This document shows positions 1 to 10,864 of a stretch of DNA of 64,000 nucleotides, piece after piece. The notes beneath the pieces were generated by a model, which was given only the letters and a program-made list of their open reading frames with translations, did no database searches and was not told the DNA's origin. Numbering within the stretch: the first letter of the stretch is position 1; each line of letters begins with the position of its first letter. The stretch comes from Alphaproteobacteria bacterium (GTDB taxonomy: Bacteria; Pseudomonadota; Alphaproteobacteria; UBA8366), in the NCBI GenBank assembly GCA_965228975.1, contig OZ245851.1, forward strand, positions 2,933,953 through 2,997,952, read 5' to 3'. The position numbers and the translations under genes are program-made.

Positions 1-831
1 CTGGAGGCCGAGGAATTCCAGCATCTCGACCGCCGCGAAGCGCCGCGCGCCGATATCGATCAAATCGCACGGGTGCATGAACGCGAATACGTGCACGCGG
101 TGCTAGACGCAATCCCGGCCGATGGCCGACGAGCCTTGGACGGCGATACTCATGTGTCGCCGGGGTCCGGCGAGGCGGCCCTGCGGGCATCGGGCGCGGT
201 TTGCGCCGCGGTCGATGCGGTCGTCGCCGGTGAAGCCCGCAACGCCTTCTGCGCGGTACGGCCGCCGGGCCATCATGCCGAACAGGCCATCGCCATGGGG
301 TTCTGCCTGTTCAACAGCGTCGCCGTGGGGGCCGCCCATGCCCAGGCCGTACATGGCCTTACCCGCGCCGCCGTCATCGATTTCGATGTTCATCACGGCA
401 ACGGGACGCAGGCAATGTTCTGGGACAAGGCCGATCTGTTTTACGCATCGACCCATCAATCGCCGCTCTACCCCGGCACCGGCGGGCTGAGCGAGCGCGG
501 CAATCATCGCAACATCGTGAACGCTCCTCTCGCCCCGTCGGCCGGTTCGGACGAGTTTCGCGCGGCCTTCGATGAAACGGTCCTTCCGGCGCTGCGCGAT
601 TTCGATCCGGACATCGTCTTTATCTCGGCCGGGTTCGATGCGCATCGCGCCGATCCGCTGGCCATGTTGAACTTGGAGGATTCCGATTACGAATGGGCAA
701 CCGCCGCATTGATGAAAGTCGCCGATGAATGCTGCGGCGGCAAACTCGTATCGGCGCTGGAAGGCGGATATGATCTGAATGCCCTGGCCTCGAGCAGCCG
801 CGCACATGTTCACGCGCTTATGACGTCGTGA
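1..831 (+). CDS. histone-deacetylase-family (HDAC/AcuC-like) amidohydrolase; 5' end outside the window
   Basis: Frame 1 is open from nt 1 (LEAEEFQHLDRREAP...IARVHEREYV) into ORF 73..831. HDAC motifs RPPGHHAE, DFDVHHGNGTQ and LEGGYDL are present. Confidence 0.85.
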   Translation: MEAEEFQHLDRREAPRADIDQIARVHEREYVHAVLDAIPADGRRALDGDTHVSPGSGEAALRASGAVCAAVDAVVAGEARNAFCAVRPPGHHAEQAIAMGFCLFNSVAVGAAHAQAVHGLTRAAVIDFDVHHGNGTQAMFWDKADLFYASTHQSPLYPGTGGLSERGNHRNIVNAPLAPSAGSDEFRAAFDETVLPALRDFDPDIVFISAGFDAHRADPLAMLNLEDSDYEWATAALMKVADECCGGKLVSALEGGYDLNALASSSRAHVHALMTS

Positions 832-898
832 CCCGGTTGCCTGTTTCGAGGGCGGCGACTACACTCCGCCGCCGTTGACCAACCGCCGAGGAGGCAAA

Positions 899-1150
899 AT
901 GGCGGAACGAAAACCCGACGCCGATATAGCAAAGATGAGCTTCGAAGACGCGTTGCAGGAACTCGAAGGCATCGTCCGCAATCTCGAATCCGGAAAAGGG
1001 AATCTCGATACCGCGATCGATTCTTATGAGCGCGGAGCCGCATTGAAGAAGCACTGCGAAGCGAAGCTGCGCGAGGCGAAGGAAAAGATCGACAAGATCA
1101 CGGCGGGCGCGGACGGCAAACTCGGGGCCGAACCGGTGGATCTCGACTAA
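899..1150 (+). CDS. xseB: exodeoxyribonuclease VII small subunit
   Basis: ATG 899 is preceded by GAGGAG. MSFEDALQELEGIVRNLESGKGNLDTAIDSYERGAALKKHCEAKL is a typical XseB sequence. The stop overlaps the next ATG (TAATG). Confidence 0.9.
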   Translation: MAERKPDADIAKMSFEDALQELEGIVRNLESGKGNLDTAIDSYERGAALKKHCEAKLREAKEKIDKITAGADGKLGAEPVDLD

Positions 1151-2046
1151 TGACCGGAACGGCGGATTTGAATGCCGCTCTTTCCGACGCGGCGGCGAAG
1201 GTTGAAACCACGCTGGACGAGGTTCTCGCCGCCGACGGCGCGCCGGAAACCCTGATCTACGAGGCGATGCGTTACACCACACTCGCCGGCGGCAAGCGGC
1301 TGCGGCCCTTCCTGGTGCTCCAGAGTTCCACGCTGTTCGACGTCGCGGAGATTTCGGCGCTCCGGGCCGGCGCGGCATTGGAATTGATCCATTGCTACTC
1401 GCTGGTTCATGACGACCTGCCCGCAATGGATGACGACGATCTGCGCCGCGGGAAACCGACCGTCCATAAACAGTTCGACGAGGCGACGGCCATTCTCGCC
1501 GGTGACGGATTGCTGACGATGGCTTTCGAAGTGCTCGCCGACGACCGGACCCACTCGGACGCCGACGTGCGGGCCAAACTCGTGCTCGGCCTTGCACAAG
1601 CATCCGGTGTGCGCGGCATGGTCGGAGGCCAGATGATCGACCTTCAGGCTGAGACCCGCACGCTTACCTTGGACGAGATCACGCAGTTGCAACGGCTGAA
1701 GACCGGCGCATTGATTCGGTTCGGCTGCGAAGCCGGGGCGATCCTGGGTAATGCGCCGGATGCGGCGCGTTCCGCGCTGACGAACTACGCCCAGGACCTC
1801 GGCCTGGCGTTTCAAATCGCCGACGACCTGCTGGACGTCGAAGGTAGCGTGGAAGAAACCGGCAAGGCCGTCGGCAAAGATGCCGACGCGGGCAAGGAAA
1901 CCTTCGTATCGCTTCTGGGAATTGACGGCGCCCGGCAGCGCGCCAACGAACTGGTCGATCAAGCTGTCTCGCATCTCTCGACATTCGACGAACGCGCGGA
2001 CCTGCTCCGGTTGACGGCCCGCTTCGTCGTAGACAGAAATCACTGA
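1150..2046 (+). CDS. ispA: polyprenyl (farnesyl/geranylgeranyl) diphosphate synthase
   Basis: Two Asp-rich motifs, LVHDDLPAMDDDDLRRGKPT and FQIADDLLD. Sits in the classic position after xseB. Confidence 0.85.
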   Translation: MTGTADLNAALSDAAAKVETTLDEVLAADGAPETLIYEAMRYTTLAGGKRLRPFLVLQSSTLFDVAEISALRAGAALELIHCYSLVHDDLPAMDDDDLRRGKPTVHKQFDEATAILAGDGLLTMAFEVLADDRTHSDADVRAKLVLGLAQASGVRGMVGGQMIDLQAETRTLTLDEITQLQRLKTGALIRFGCEAGAILGNAPDAARSALTNYAQDLGLAFQIADDLLDVEGSVEETGKAVGKDADAGKETFVSLLGIDGARQRANELVDQAVSHLSTFDERADLLRLTARFVVDRNH

Positions 2047-2220
2047 AACAACGCCATGCGACGTGCAAGCACGACCAGTTTCTGCAGTTTTAGTTGAATT
2101 CGGTAATCGGATACCGCTGCACCCCCTCGTCTTCCCGCCTAAACATCGTCATACTCGGTATCGCTATACCGCGCTCGGTCAATTGGGGGCGGCACGGCCA
2201 ATAATAACGAGAGGCTTTCG

Positions 2221-2970
2221 TTGGCGAAGTCGAAAAAACGGCGCGTCGACATGCTCTTGGTCGAACGCGGCCTTGTGCCGACGCGCACGCGTGCGCAGTC
2301 ATCGATCATGGCCGGGCTGGTCTATTGTGGGGACCGCCGGATCGGCAAGTCTGGCGAAACAGTCGACTCCGACGCCCCCCTGGAAGTGCGCGGTAAGGAG
2401 CACCCGTGGGCTTCGCGCGGCGGCCTGAAACTCGAACACGCGCTGGACACGTTCGGCCTCGATGTGACGGATGCGATCTGCGTGGACATCGGCGCGTCGA
2501 CCGGGGGATTCACGGACGTCCTGCTGACCCGCGGCGCGGGCAAGGTCTTCGCCGTGGATGTCGGCAAGGGACAGTTGGATTGGAAATTGCGCCAGGACGA
2601 ACGTGTCGTCGTTCTCGAAGAGACCAACGCGCGCTATATCACCAAAGAAGACATCCCGGATCCAATCGACCTGGTTACCTGCGACGTGAGCTTTATCGGC
2701 CTGGAGAAGGTACTGCCCGCCGGAATGGCCCTTTGCCATGCCGGGTCGGTCCTGGTCGCCTTGATAAAACCGCAATTCCAAGCCGGCCCGGACCAGGTTT
2801 CCAAGGGCGGCATCGTCCGCGATCCGAAAATCCACGACGCTGTCTGCGAACAGGTATCGCAATGGATCAATGCGCAGCCGGGCTGGCGGGTTCTTGGCGT
2901 CACCGCGAGCCCCATTACCGGCGCGAAAGGCAACCGCGAATTCCTGATCGCGGCCACCAAGGACGCCTAA
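2221..2970 (+). CDS. tlyA: TlyA-family rRNA 2'-O-methyltransferase (S4 domain + FtsJ-like MTase)
   Basis: TTG start after GAGAGG. RVDMLLVERGLVPTRTRAQSSIMAGLV (S4-like) and the SAM motif DIGASTGGFTDVLL. Confidence 0.85.
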   Translation: MAKSKKRRVDMLLVERGLVPTRTRAQSSIMAGLVYCGDRRIGKSGETVDSDAPLEVRGKEHPWASRGGLKLEHALDTFGLDVTDAICVDIGASTGGFTDVLLTRGAGKVFAVDVGKGQLDWKLRQDERVVVLEETNARYITKEDIPDPIDLVTCDVSFIGLEKVLPAGMALCHAGSVLVALIKPQFQAGPDQVSKGGIVRDPKIHDAVCEQVSQWINAQPGWRVLGVTASPITGAKGNREFLIAATKDA

Positions 2971-4769
2971 TAGTGGAGACGCATAGGCGGAAGCTGCAAG
3001 CGACCGACCGGCGGCTGCAATAGGTCCAAGTCCCCGACGAACGGTTCCAGCCTCTCTTTCAATGAGTCGGAGAGAAATCCGCTCAACCCCAACATGTCCA
3101 CGAGCGCTACCGAGATATTCTCGGTCTCGCCGGAGACAAATTCCAAGAGGCGCTCGAACGGCATTTTCCGCCGCGGGAATTCCTGTAGTTGGACGCTCAC
3201 GTCCGGTTTCAGGTCGAGCGCTTCCTTCACTGCCGCAACGGCTTCGGTCAGGCCGCCCAACCGATCGACCAATCCGGCATTCAGGGCGCGGGCACCGGAC
3301 CAGATCCGGCCGCGCGCGACCGCATCGATCTGTTGGTCGTCGAGTTTCCGCCGCTCGGCCACCTTGCCCGTGAAATCGCGATAGATGAAATCCATATGTG
3401 CATCGAGACGCGCTTGCGCACCGTCCGGATAATCCTGAAAGGGACTCCACATCGTGGCATTCTTCCCGGCATGGACATCCTGCCAGTTCACGCCGAGTTT
3501 CTCCCACAACTCCGCTGTCACGAATTTTCCGCCATAGACGCCGATCGACCCCGTCAGCGTGCCGGGCTGCGCAACGATTACATCGGCCGCCATGGCGATG
3601 AAATACCCTCCGGACGCCGCCGTACTGCCCATGCTGACAATCACCGGCTTACCCAACTCGCGCGCGCGTATCAGCGCATTCCAGACCGTATCCGAGGCGA
3701 CATAAGAACCCCCGGGACTGTCGAGCCGCAATAGGATGGCCTTGATGTTCGTATCGTTCACCGCTTTCACGATTGCGGCCTCCATCGCGTCGGCCGCGAG
3801 GTACCTGCGATCGTCGAAGGGACTGCCTTTCGGCGCGTCCGACACGATCGGGCCGACCCCGTGGATCAAGGCTACCGTCGGCCCCTCGCTATTCGGCAAA
3901 TCGCCCTCGGCGATGTACGACGCCAAGCTCACGAGGTTCTTTTTGCCGCCCGCCCGTTTGTGCGCGGTCGATACAAAGGCCGGCCAGTAGTCCAACGTAT
4001 CGATCAACCCGCGGGCTCTCGCCTCCTGGGCCAGCAAGGGGCTGGTATCGATCGCCTGCCGCGCCGTCGCCACCGGCAGATTACGCCCCGTTGCGATGCC
4101 GTCCACGATCTGCGCCAGCCATGTATCGACAACGGCCTGCAGGTTCTGCCGCGCCGGCTTGCTGAGACTCCGCCGCATGAAGGTTTCCGGCGCGGACTTG
4201 AATTCCTCGCGCTGCCGGATTTTCGCTTCGACGCCGACTTTCTCAAGTGCCTCGGCGGCGAATGGAAGTTCCAGCGAAATGCCGGTGATCGCCAGTTCGC
4301 CCGAGGGCTGCATCCAAATGGTGTCGAAGGCGGTCGCGAGATAGTACTCGACCGTCGCCCCGCCGGACGATGCAAAACTCGTCGCAAAGGCGACGGCGGA
4401 CTTGCCGGATTTCCGGAACTTGGCGACCGCATCGCGCAGTTCTTGCGCTTGCGCCAGGCTCACGCCGGTCGCGCCCAACCGCACGGCAAGCCCGGCGACG
4501 CGGTCATCCGTTTCGGCTTTTTCCAATGCCGACAGAAATTCACGGATCGAAACCGGCCCCGGTCCGCGGGACAGGAAACCGAACGGACCGCCGGACTTTA
4601 CCTCGGTCACGCCTTTGTTCAGGTCCAGCGACAGGACCATGCGCTCCGGCAGTTCCGGCGCATCGTCATCGACGAGCGCGAACCAGATGCCGACCGAAAC
4701 GACAGTCGCCGCGGTCAAAATGCCGATGGTCGTGAAAACCCAGAGGAAGAACCGTCCAATGCGCCTCAT
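2967..4769 (-). CDS. sppA: signal peptide peptidase SppA, 67K (two-domain) type
   Basis: 600 aa with an N-terminal TM helix and the S49 serine-protease segment SMGSTAASGGYFIAMAAD...GSIGV. Confidence 0.85.
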   Translation of the reverse strand: MRRIGRFFLWVFTTIGILTAATVVSVGIWFALVDDDAPELPERMVLSLDLNKGVTEVKSGGPFGFLSRGPGPVSIREFLSALEKAETDDRVAGLAVRLGATGVSLAQAQELRDAVAKFRKSGKSAVAFATSFASSGGATVEYYLATAFDTIWMQPSGELAITGISLELPFAAEALEKVGVEAKIRQREEFKSAPETFMRRSLSKPARQNLQAVVDTWLAQIVDGIATGRNLPVATARQAIDTSPLLAQEARARGLIDTLDYWPAFVSTAHKRAGGKKNLVSLASYIAEGDLPNSEGPTVALIHGVGPIVSDAPKGSPFDDRRYLAADAMEAAIVKAVNDTNIKAILLRLDSPGGSYVASDTVWNALIRARELGKPVIVSMGSTAASGGYFIAMAADVIVAQPGTLTGSIGVYGGKFVTAELWEKLGVNWQDVHAGKNATMWSPFQDYPDGAQARLDAHMDFIYRDFTGKVAERRKLDDQQIDAVARGRIWSGARALNAGLVDRLGGLTEAVAAVKEALDLKPDVSVQLQEFPRRKMPFERLLEFVSGETENISVALVDMLGLSGFLSDSLKERLEPFVGDLDLLQPPVGRLQLPPMRLHY

Positions 4770-4890
4770 GCTGGCTCCCTTATGCGATCAAATTCCTATG
4801 AGCGGGCGTTTGCCGGATCCGTACGCCCACCCGCGCTGACATGTATATGTGAAAGCTTTGCCCGAAGGTTAAGACCTTTCGCCGCAATCA

Positions 4891-6279
4891 TTATGCCGCC
4901 TGAAGTGCCGCCGCCCGCTGCCGGGCGTCCTCGGCCGCCGCCGCCTCGCCCAACCCATCCAGCGCTTCCGCCTCGCGCTTAAGTCCCCACGGCGAACGCG
5001 GGTTCAGGGCATTCCGTTCGGCCAACAGCGCCCGGGCCAAGCGGTGCCGTCCCGACCGTAACGCCGCGACGGTCAGCAGCCGGAAGAACAAATCCCGCTG
5101 CGCGTGGCTGCCGCCGACGCGATACACCTGCCGCCGTATCGGGGACAGGATATCGACGACACGTTTATAGTCCGCGGTGCCAAAAGCGGCCACGGCCTGA
5201 CACAATGGCCGGCCGACATCGCGGAAAACCGGTCCCTCGGTGGTTTCCTCCGAGGCCGCCGCTCCGTCCAGCGATTCAAGCATCTCGGAGACCATCTCCT
5301 GCCGGCCGTCGGCAGCAAGCGCCATCATGTAATGGGCATCATGGAAGGCGAAGATGTGATCGTGGATCTTGTCTTCCGCCTTGTCGGCAAGTTCGACCCA
5401 ACGATCGCCGATATCCGCGCCCGCCTCTTCCAAACGCCACAACAGGGCGATGGCGTTGCTCATGTCGAGATAGTCGGCCGAAGTCGTATCCGCCCGTACT
5501 TGGGTATCATAGAGATCGAGGATCACATCGAATTCTTCCCGCTCCAGATGGAACAGACATTTGTGCCACCAAGTGTGATAGCGAAAGTTGTTGCAGCCAT
5601 CCCAATTGGCCGACAGTCCATCCAGCCAGTCGATCCCGTCGCGGTGCCGCCCCTGCATCTCCATCACGTGGGCCACCGCATGTGTGGCCCAGATATCCTT
5701 CGCATTGATTTCGACGGCGCGGCGGCCCGCCTTCTCCGCGTCGATGTAGTTGCCGGTCTCTTCCAACCCGAACGCGTTGAGTCCCTGGACGAAGCCGTAT
5801 GCGGGCATGTCGGCGTGCCAGTAAGGCAACGCCCGCGCGACCGAGTCCCGCATTGCCGCCGAATCGCCGAGATAGAAATGGGTGAAATGCACCAGACGCA
5901 TCGCCAGAACATCGGTCGGATGGTCCAACAGAATTGCTTCCCAGACATCGGTTGCGCCGGCAACGTCTCCGCGGCACCAGGCATCCAGCGCCGCGACGTG
6001 TTGCTTCTCGCGGTCGGTCGCCCCAACGGCCATCAGCTTCTCGGCGGCTTCCAACGATTCCTCGGCCTTCCGTTCCAACGGCGGCGTGCAGAACAGCTTC
6101 ATGAAATTGCCTTTGGCGCAATGCGCCATGAGCATCTCCGGATCGGCGTCGAAGACTTCCTTGAGACGGTCGCCGGTGTCCGACCGGATACCCAGATAAT
6201 GCAATATCATGCGGTCATACCGCGCGACGGCCTGCTCGCTGGCGGCCGTCATCTCCAGTCCGTGCTGGTCGCGAAACAT
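4891..6279 (-). CDS. TPR-repeat protein (TTC38-like), function unknown
   Basis: ORF 4891..6339. The internal ATG 6279 follows GGAGAG. Helical-repeat composition throughout. Confidence 0.6.
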   Translation of the reverse strand: MFRDQHGLEMTAASEQAVARYDRMILHYLGIRSDTGDRLKEVFDADPEMLMAHCAKGNFMKLFCTPPLERKAEESLEAAEKLMAVGATDREKQHVAALDAWCRGDVAGATDVWEAILLDHPTDVLAMRLVHFTHFYLGDSAAMRDSVARALPYWHADMPAYGFVQGLNAFGLEETGNYIDAEKAGRRAVEINAKDIWATHAVAHVMEMQGRHRDGIDWLDGLSANWDGCNNFRYHTWWHKCLFHLEREEFDVILDLYDTQVRADTTSADYLDMSNAIALLWRLEEAGADIGDRWVELADKAEDKIHDHIFAFHDAHYMMALAADGRQEMVSEMLESLDGAAASEETTEGPVFRDVGRPLCQAVAAFGTADYKRVVDILSPIRRQVYRVGGSHAQRDLFFRLLTVAALRSGRHRLARALLAERNALNPRSPWGLKREAEALDGLGEAAAAEDARQRAAALQAA

Positions 6280-6377
6280 GGGTTGCTCTCCGTTACCGGC
6301 GTCGCGGGAACCGTAATACGCGGCCGCAGCGCGAAGCAAGCATCCAGACCAGGAGGACGAGCGGAGAAACCCGCCCT

Positions 6378-9300
6378 CTATTCGGCGGGTGCTTTCCCGG
6401 CAGCGGACTGGGCATCGAGCCGGCGCTTTACGTCGCCGGGCGATCCCGTTCGTCGGGCCAGGACGGCATAAGCGGCGGGCACGACAAACAAAGTGAAGAA
6501 TGTCGCCGCAATCACCCCCGAGAACACGACCGTGCCGATGACGATGCGGGTTTCCGCTCCCGCGCCCGAGGCGAGCAGCAAAGGAATCGATCCGGCCGCC
6601 GTGGTAATCCCGGTCATCAGGATCGGGCGCAGCCGGCTTTCCGACGCATCGAGCAGCGCATCATGAAAGGCGGCACCCTGGTCGCGCAGTTGATTGGCGA
6701 ATTCGACAATGAGGATACCGTTCTTCGCCGCCAATCCGACCAGCATGATGAGGCCGATCTGACTGTAGATGTTCAGCGAGCTGCCGGTGACATACAAGCC
6801 GAAAAGACCGCCCGCGATCGCCAGCGGCACGGTCAGGATGATGATCAGCGGGTGAATGTAGCTTTCGAACTGTGCCGCCAGAACCAGGAATACAACGACG
6901 ATGCCGAGGAGGAACACGAAAAGGAGCGAACCGCCCGACTCCTTGAAATCCTGCGACTCGCCCTTGTAGTCGATCACCGCGCTCGGCGGCAGGATCTCAC
7001 GCGCAAGCCCTTCCAGATAGGCCAAGGCCTCGCCAAGCGTATAGCCGTCCGCCAGGTTCGCTTCCAGGGTGATGGCGCGCACGCGATTGTAGCGGTTGAG
7101 GGTGCGCGAATCCGCGAACTCGCTGATCGTCACCAGGTTGGACAGCGGAATCAGCGCACCGGTTCGGTCGGACCGGACATAGATGTTCTCGATGCTCGTC
7201 GGGGTGCGCTGTGCATCCCGCTCACCTTCGAGAATCACATCATACTCCTCACCGCCGTCGATATAGGTGGTCACCCGGCGGGAGCCCAGCATCGTCTCGA
7301 GCGTGCGTCCGATGCTGTCGAGCTTGACGCCGAGATCGCCGGCCCGGTCCCGGTCGACGACCACACGCAACTGGGGCTTGGTTTCCTTGTAATTGTGATC
7401 GAGGCCGACCAGGCCGGGGTTGCTCTCGTTGATCTTTGCCAGAATCTGATCGCGCCAAGACGTCAGTTCCTGGTACGTGCCGCCGCCGATCACGAACTGC
7501 ACGGGTTTCTGGATACGGCCTCCGAACCCTTGCCGCATAACGGGGAAAGCGCGCACACCCGGCAAGTCGGCGATACGCCGCCGCACGTCGGCCATGATGT
7601 CCCAGCCCGACCGCCGCTCCGACCAGTCGGTCAGCACCAGAATGCCGATACCGGTATTGAAGGACTCGATGTTTCCGAAAGCCCGTGGCGCCCGGATCAG
7701 CAGGCGGCTGACCTCGTTCTTCTCGACCAACGGCATGAGCCGCCGCTCAATCTCATCCATATAGCCCTCGATATATTCATAGGATGCGCCTTCGGGGCCA
7801 TTCACGATCAGGAAGAATGCGCCCCGGTCCTCCTTCGGAGCGTATTCCGTCGGGATCTTCTGGAACAACCAGGCGGCCCCGCCGAGCAGGACAAGAAAAC
7901 CAGCCGCAATCAGCACGGGCTTGTGGATGGTGAACGCCAGCGCCCGCCGATACGCTTTCTGAATCGGTGCGAACCCCCGTTCGACCCCCCGGGCGACCGC
8001 CGTCTTGGATCCCCCGCCTTTGAGGATTTTGGACGCGAGCATCGGAGACAAGGTCAGCGCGACCAGGCTCGAAAAGATGACCGCCGCAGCCATGGTCAGG
8101 GCGAACTCGGAAAACAATCGCCCGACGTCCCCTTGCAGGAAGGTCATCGGCACGAAAACCGCAACCAGGACGAGCGTGGTCGCGATGACCGCGAAGCCGA
8201 CCTGACGCGTTCCCTTGAACGCCGCAACCAGCGGCGGCTCACCGAGATCCATGCGCCGGTGGATATTCTCCAGCACCACGATCCCGTCGTCGACCACCAA
8301 GCCGATCGCCAAGACGAGGGCAAGCAGCGTCAACAGATTAATCGAGAAATCGAGTGCATACAGAATGATGAAGGTCGCGATCAGCGATACCGGCACCGCC
8401 ACCGCCGGAATCAACATCGCACGGAAGCTGCCGAGGAACAGGTAGATCACGATGACGACGAGGACGATCGCGATGAAAAGCGTCTTGTACACCTCGTCGA
8501 TCGCACCCTGGACGAAGACGCTGGTGTCGTAGCTTTGCTTGATTTCCATGCCGTCCGGCAGCGCCGCGTTTATCCGCGCCGCCTCGGCGCGTGCGGCCGC
8601 CGTCACGGCGAGCGTGTTGGCACGCGATTGCTTGATGACGCCGATACCGACCATCGGTACTTCGTTGCCGCGGAAGAAGGTGCGATCCTCGACCGCACCC
8701 TTCTCGATACGCGCGACATCGCCAAGCCGAACCAGATATCCATCCCCACCGCGTGACAGCACCAATGTGCGGAAATCCTCCGGCGTGCGGAAACTGCGGT
8801 CGACCCGGACGGTGAACTGACGCATCCGCGATTCGACGCTGCCGGCGGGCAGTTCCACGTTGTCGGCGCGCAGCGCATTCTCGACATCCTCGACCGTAAG
8901 GCCGCGGGCGGCGAGCGCGGTCCGGTCAAGCCAAATGCGCATGGCGTAGCTGAGACCGCCGCCGACCCGCACCCGCGCGACACCGTCGAGCGCTGAGAAC
9001 CGGTCGGTCAGATAGCGTTCCGCATAGTCGGTCAGTTCCAGCACACTCAACCGGTCGCTGACTAGATTAAGCCACATGATGACGTCGTCGTTGGAATCCG
9101 CCTTTTGAATTTCCGGCGGGTCGGCCTCTTCGGGAATATCGTCGAGGATGCCGGCCACCCGGTCACGGATGTCATTGGCCGCTGCGTCGATATCACGGGA
9201 GACGTCGAACTCCACCGTGATCGTCGACCGCCCGTCCGCGCTCGATGATTCGACGAACCGGATTCCCTCAACGCCGGCGATACGGTCTTCGATGATCTCG

Positions 9301-9491
9301 GTCACCCGCGTCTCGACAACATTCGCCGCGGCACCCGGATAGGTCGTTTCGATCGAAACGACCGGTGGATCGATGTCGGGATACTCACGCAGCGGCAGGC
9401 GGTCGAAAGCCACCAGCCCGAAGGCGATCAGCAGCAGACTGATCACCGATGCGAAGACCGGCCGCGTGACCGAGACGTCGGACAACAACAT
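6378..9491 (-). CDS. RND efflux transporter permease (AcrB/HAE family)
   Basis: 1037 aa with 12-TM RND architecture. N-terminus MLLSDVSVTRPVFASVISLLLIAFG and typical periplasmic loops. Confidence 0.9.
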   Translation of the reverse strand: MLLSDVSVTRPVFASVISLLLIAFGLVAFDRLPLREYPDIDPPVVSIETTYPGAAANVVETRVTEIIEDRIAGVEGIRFVESSSADGRSTITVEFDVSRDIDAAANDIRDRVAGILDDIPEEADPPEIQKADSNDDVIMWLNLVSDRLSVLELTDYAERYLTDRFSALDGVARVRVGGGLSYAMRIWLDRTALAARGLTVEDVENALRADNVELPAGSVESRMRQFTVRVDRSFRTPEDFRTLVLSRGGDGYLVRLGDVARIEKGAVEDRTFFRGNEVPMVGIGVIKQSRANTLAVTAAARAEAARINAALPDGMEIKQSYDTSVFVQGAIDEVYKTLFIAIVLVVIVIYLFLGSFRAMLIPAVAVPVSLIATFIILYALDFSINLLTLLALVLAIGLVVDDGIVVLENIHRRMDLGEPPLVAAFKGTRQVGFAVIATTLVLVAVFVPMTFLQGDVGRLFSEFALTMAAAVIFSSLVALTLSPMLASKILKGGGSKTAVARGVERGFAPIQKAYRRALAFTIHKPVLIAAGFLVLLGGAAWLFQKIPTEYAPKEDRGAFFLIVNGPEGASYEYIEGYMDEIERRLMPLVEKNEVSRLLIRAPRAFGNIESFNTGIGILVLTDWSERRSGWDIMADVRRRIADLPGVRAFPVMRQGFGGRIQKPVQFVIGGGTYQELTSWRDQILAKINESNPGLVGLDHNYKETKPQLRVVVDRDRAGDLGVKLDSIGRTLETMLGSRRVTTYIDGGEEYDVILEGERDAQRTPTSIENIYVRSDRTGALIPLSNLVTISEFADSRTLNRYNRVRAITLEANLADGYTLGEALAYLEGLAREILPPSAVIDYKGESQDFKESGGSLLFVFLLGIVVVFLVLAAQFESYIHPLIIILTVPLAIAGGLFGLYVTGSSLNIYSQIGLIMLVGLAAKNGILIVEFANQLRDQGAAFHDALLDASESRLRPILMTGITTAAGSIPLLLASGAGAETRIVIGTVVFSGVIAATFFTLFVVPAAYAVLARRTGSPGDVKRRLDAQSAAGKAPAE

Positions 9492-9493
9492 CG

Positions 9494-10597
9494 TCAGCCC
9501 TCCGCCGCGGGACGGATCACCGTATTGGCCTTCGAACTCGGCGACGGCCTTGGCTCCTGCTCGGATATGATCGTCACGGCCTGGCCCGGCCGCACGCGCG
9601 TGGTGCCGTGGGTGACGACTTTTTGACCGGCTTGCAGGCCGTCCAGGATCTCCACTTCCCCGGGCCGGCGCGCGCCGACGGAGACCTTCTGGCGGCGTGC
9701 GTTGTTACCGGCGCTCTCGTCCACGATCATGACAAAGTTATCCCGCCCGCGGGGGATCAACGCCTCCTCCGGAATGATCATCGCCTGCCGTGCGTTCTTC
9801 AGCAGTTCCACCGTCATCAACAGGCCGGGTCGCAACAGACCATCCGGGTTCGGCAAGACCGCGCGCGCGATGATGGAGCGAGATACCGGATCGACTTGCG
9901 AGCCGATGCTCCGAAGCTCGCCTTGGAACAAGCGGTTGTTCACGGCTCGGGCCTTCGCGAGGATCGGCAGGCCCGGTTTCAGGGTGGTCAGATAGGTCGC
10001 CGGAACCGTCACGTCGACCTTTATCACGCTGAGATCGTAAAGCGTGGTGATCAGGTCGCCCGGCTCGACCAGGGCGCCGACACTGATATTCCGGATATCG
10101 ACGATTCCGTCAAAAGGTGCTCGGATGACCCGCTTATCGATCCGGGATTTTATCGCGTCCAACTGGGCTTCCGCCTGCTGAAGGGCGGCGCGGCGCTCGT
10201 CCAACTGTGCGGTCGCGGTGAATTTCCGGCTTTCCAGATTACGCGCCCGATCGAAGGCGAGCCGCCGTTCCGTCACGATCGCCTCGGCGGCGCGGAAATC
10301 GGCCTCTTCTTCCGATTTTTCCAGCTCGACCAGCACATCCCCCGCGCGGACCCTTTGCCCGTCGTCGAAATTAATCTTGACGATCGTTTCGGTGACGGTG
10401 GCGGTAATGCGTACGGTCTCGTTGGCGCGGGTCGTGCCGAGCGCCTCCAACCGGTCGACGAACTCGGCCAAACGCACGGCCGCGACGATTACCGGCTGCG
10501 GTTTACCCTTGCCCGGCTTCTGGGCGACCGCGGGCGTGCCGAACGGCAGGATGAGAAACGATAGAGCCGCTACGCCAAATAAGAATGTCCGACCCAT
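9494..10597 (-). CDS. RND efflux periplasmic adaptor (membrane-fusion protein)
   Basis: ORF 9494..10645. A start at ATG 10597 gives the signal-like MGRTFLFGVAALSFLILPFGTPAVAQ. Coiled-coil and barrel-sandwich pattern. Only 2 nt separate it from the permease start codon. Confidence 0.8.
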   Translation of the reverse strand: MGRTFLFGVAALSFLILPFGTPAVAQKPGKGKPQPVIVAAVRLAEFVDRLEALGTTRANETVRITATVTETIVKINFDDGQRVRAGDVLVELEKSEEEADFRAAEAIVTERRLAFDRARNLESRKFTATAQLDERRAALQQAEAQLDAIKSRIDKRVIRAPFDGIVDIRNISVGALVEPGDLITTLYDLSVIKVDVTVPATYLTTLKPGLPILAKARAVNNRLFQGELRSIGSQVDPVSRSIIARAVLPNPDGLLRPGLLMTVELLKNARQAMIIPEEALIPRGRDNFVMIVDESAGNNARRQKVSVGARRPGEVEILDGLQAGQKVVTHGTTRVRPGQAVTIISEQEPRPSPSSKANTVIRPAAEG

Positions 10598-10864
10598 TAT
10601 GTATGCCGCTCCTATTTCCAACCACCGCGTAGAGATAGGCGGCAAAATCGTCCTTTCAACGACCTGTCACATAAGGTTAGGCGAGCGATAAATTTCGTTA
10701 AGTGAATTGCCGTCCGGCAACCGCGCGCCACCCAATATCCACATATGGCACGGCGGATGCGGGACAAGTCCGGGTGACCGGCACGAGGCCGGCGCCGAAG
10801 CCTTGTCATCGCGGAAGGCGCATCACATACTCGGCCAACCGCCGCCCCGAATAAGGACACATCC

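Noticed and set aside
6663-8756. 697-aa ORF on the plus strand
   Set aside because: It lies entirely antisense to the clearly recognisable RND permease. Its Arg/Asp/His/Gln-rich low-complexity translation is typical of a high-GC shadow ORF.
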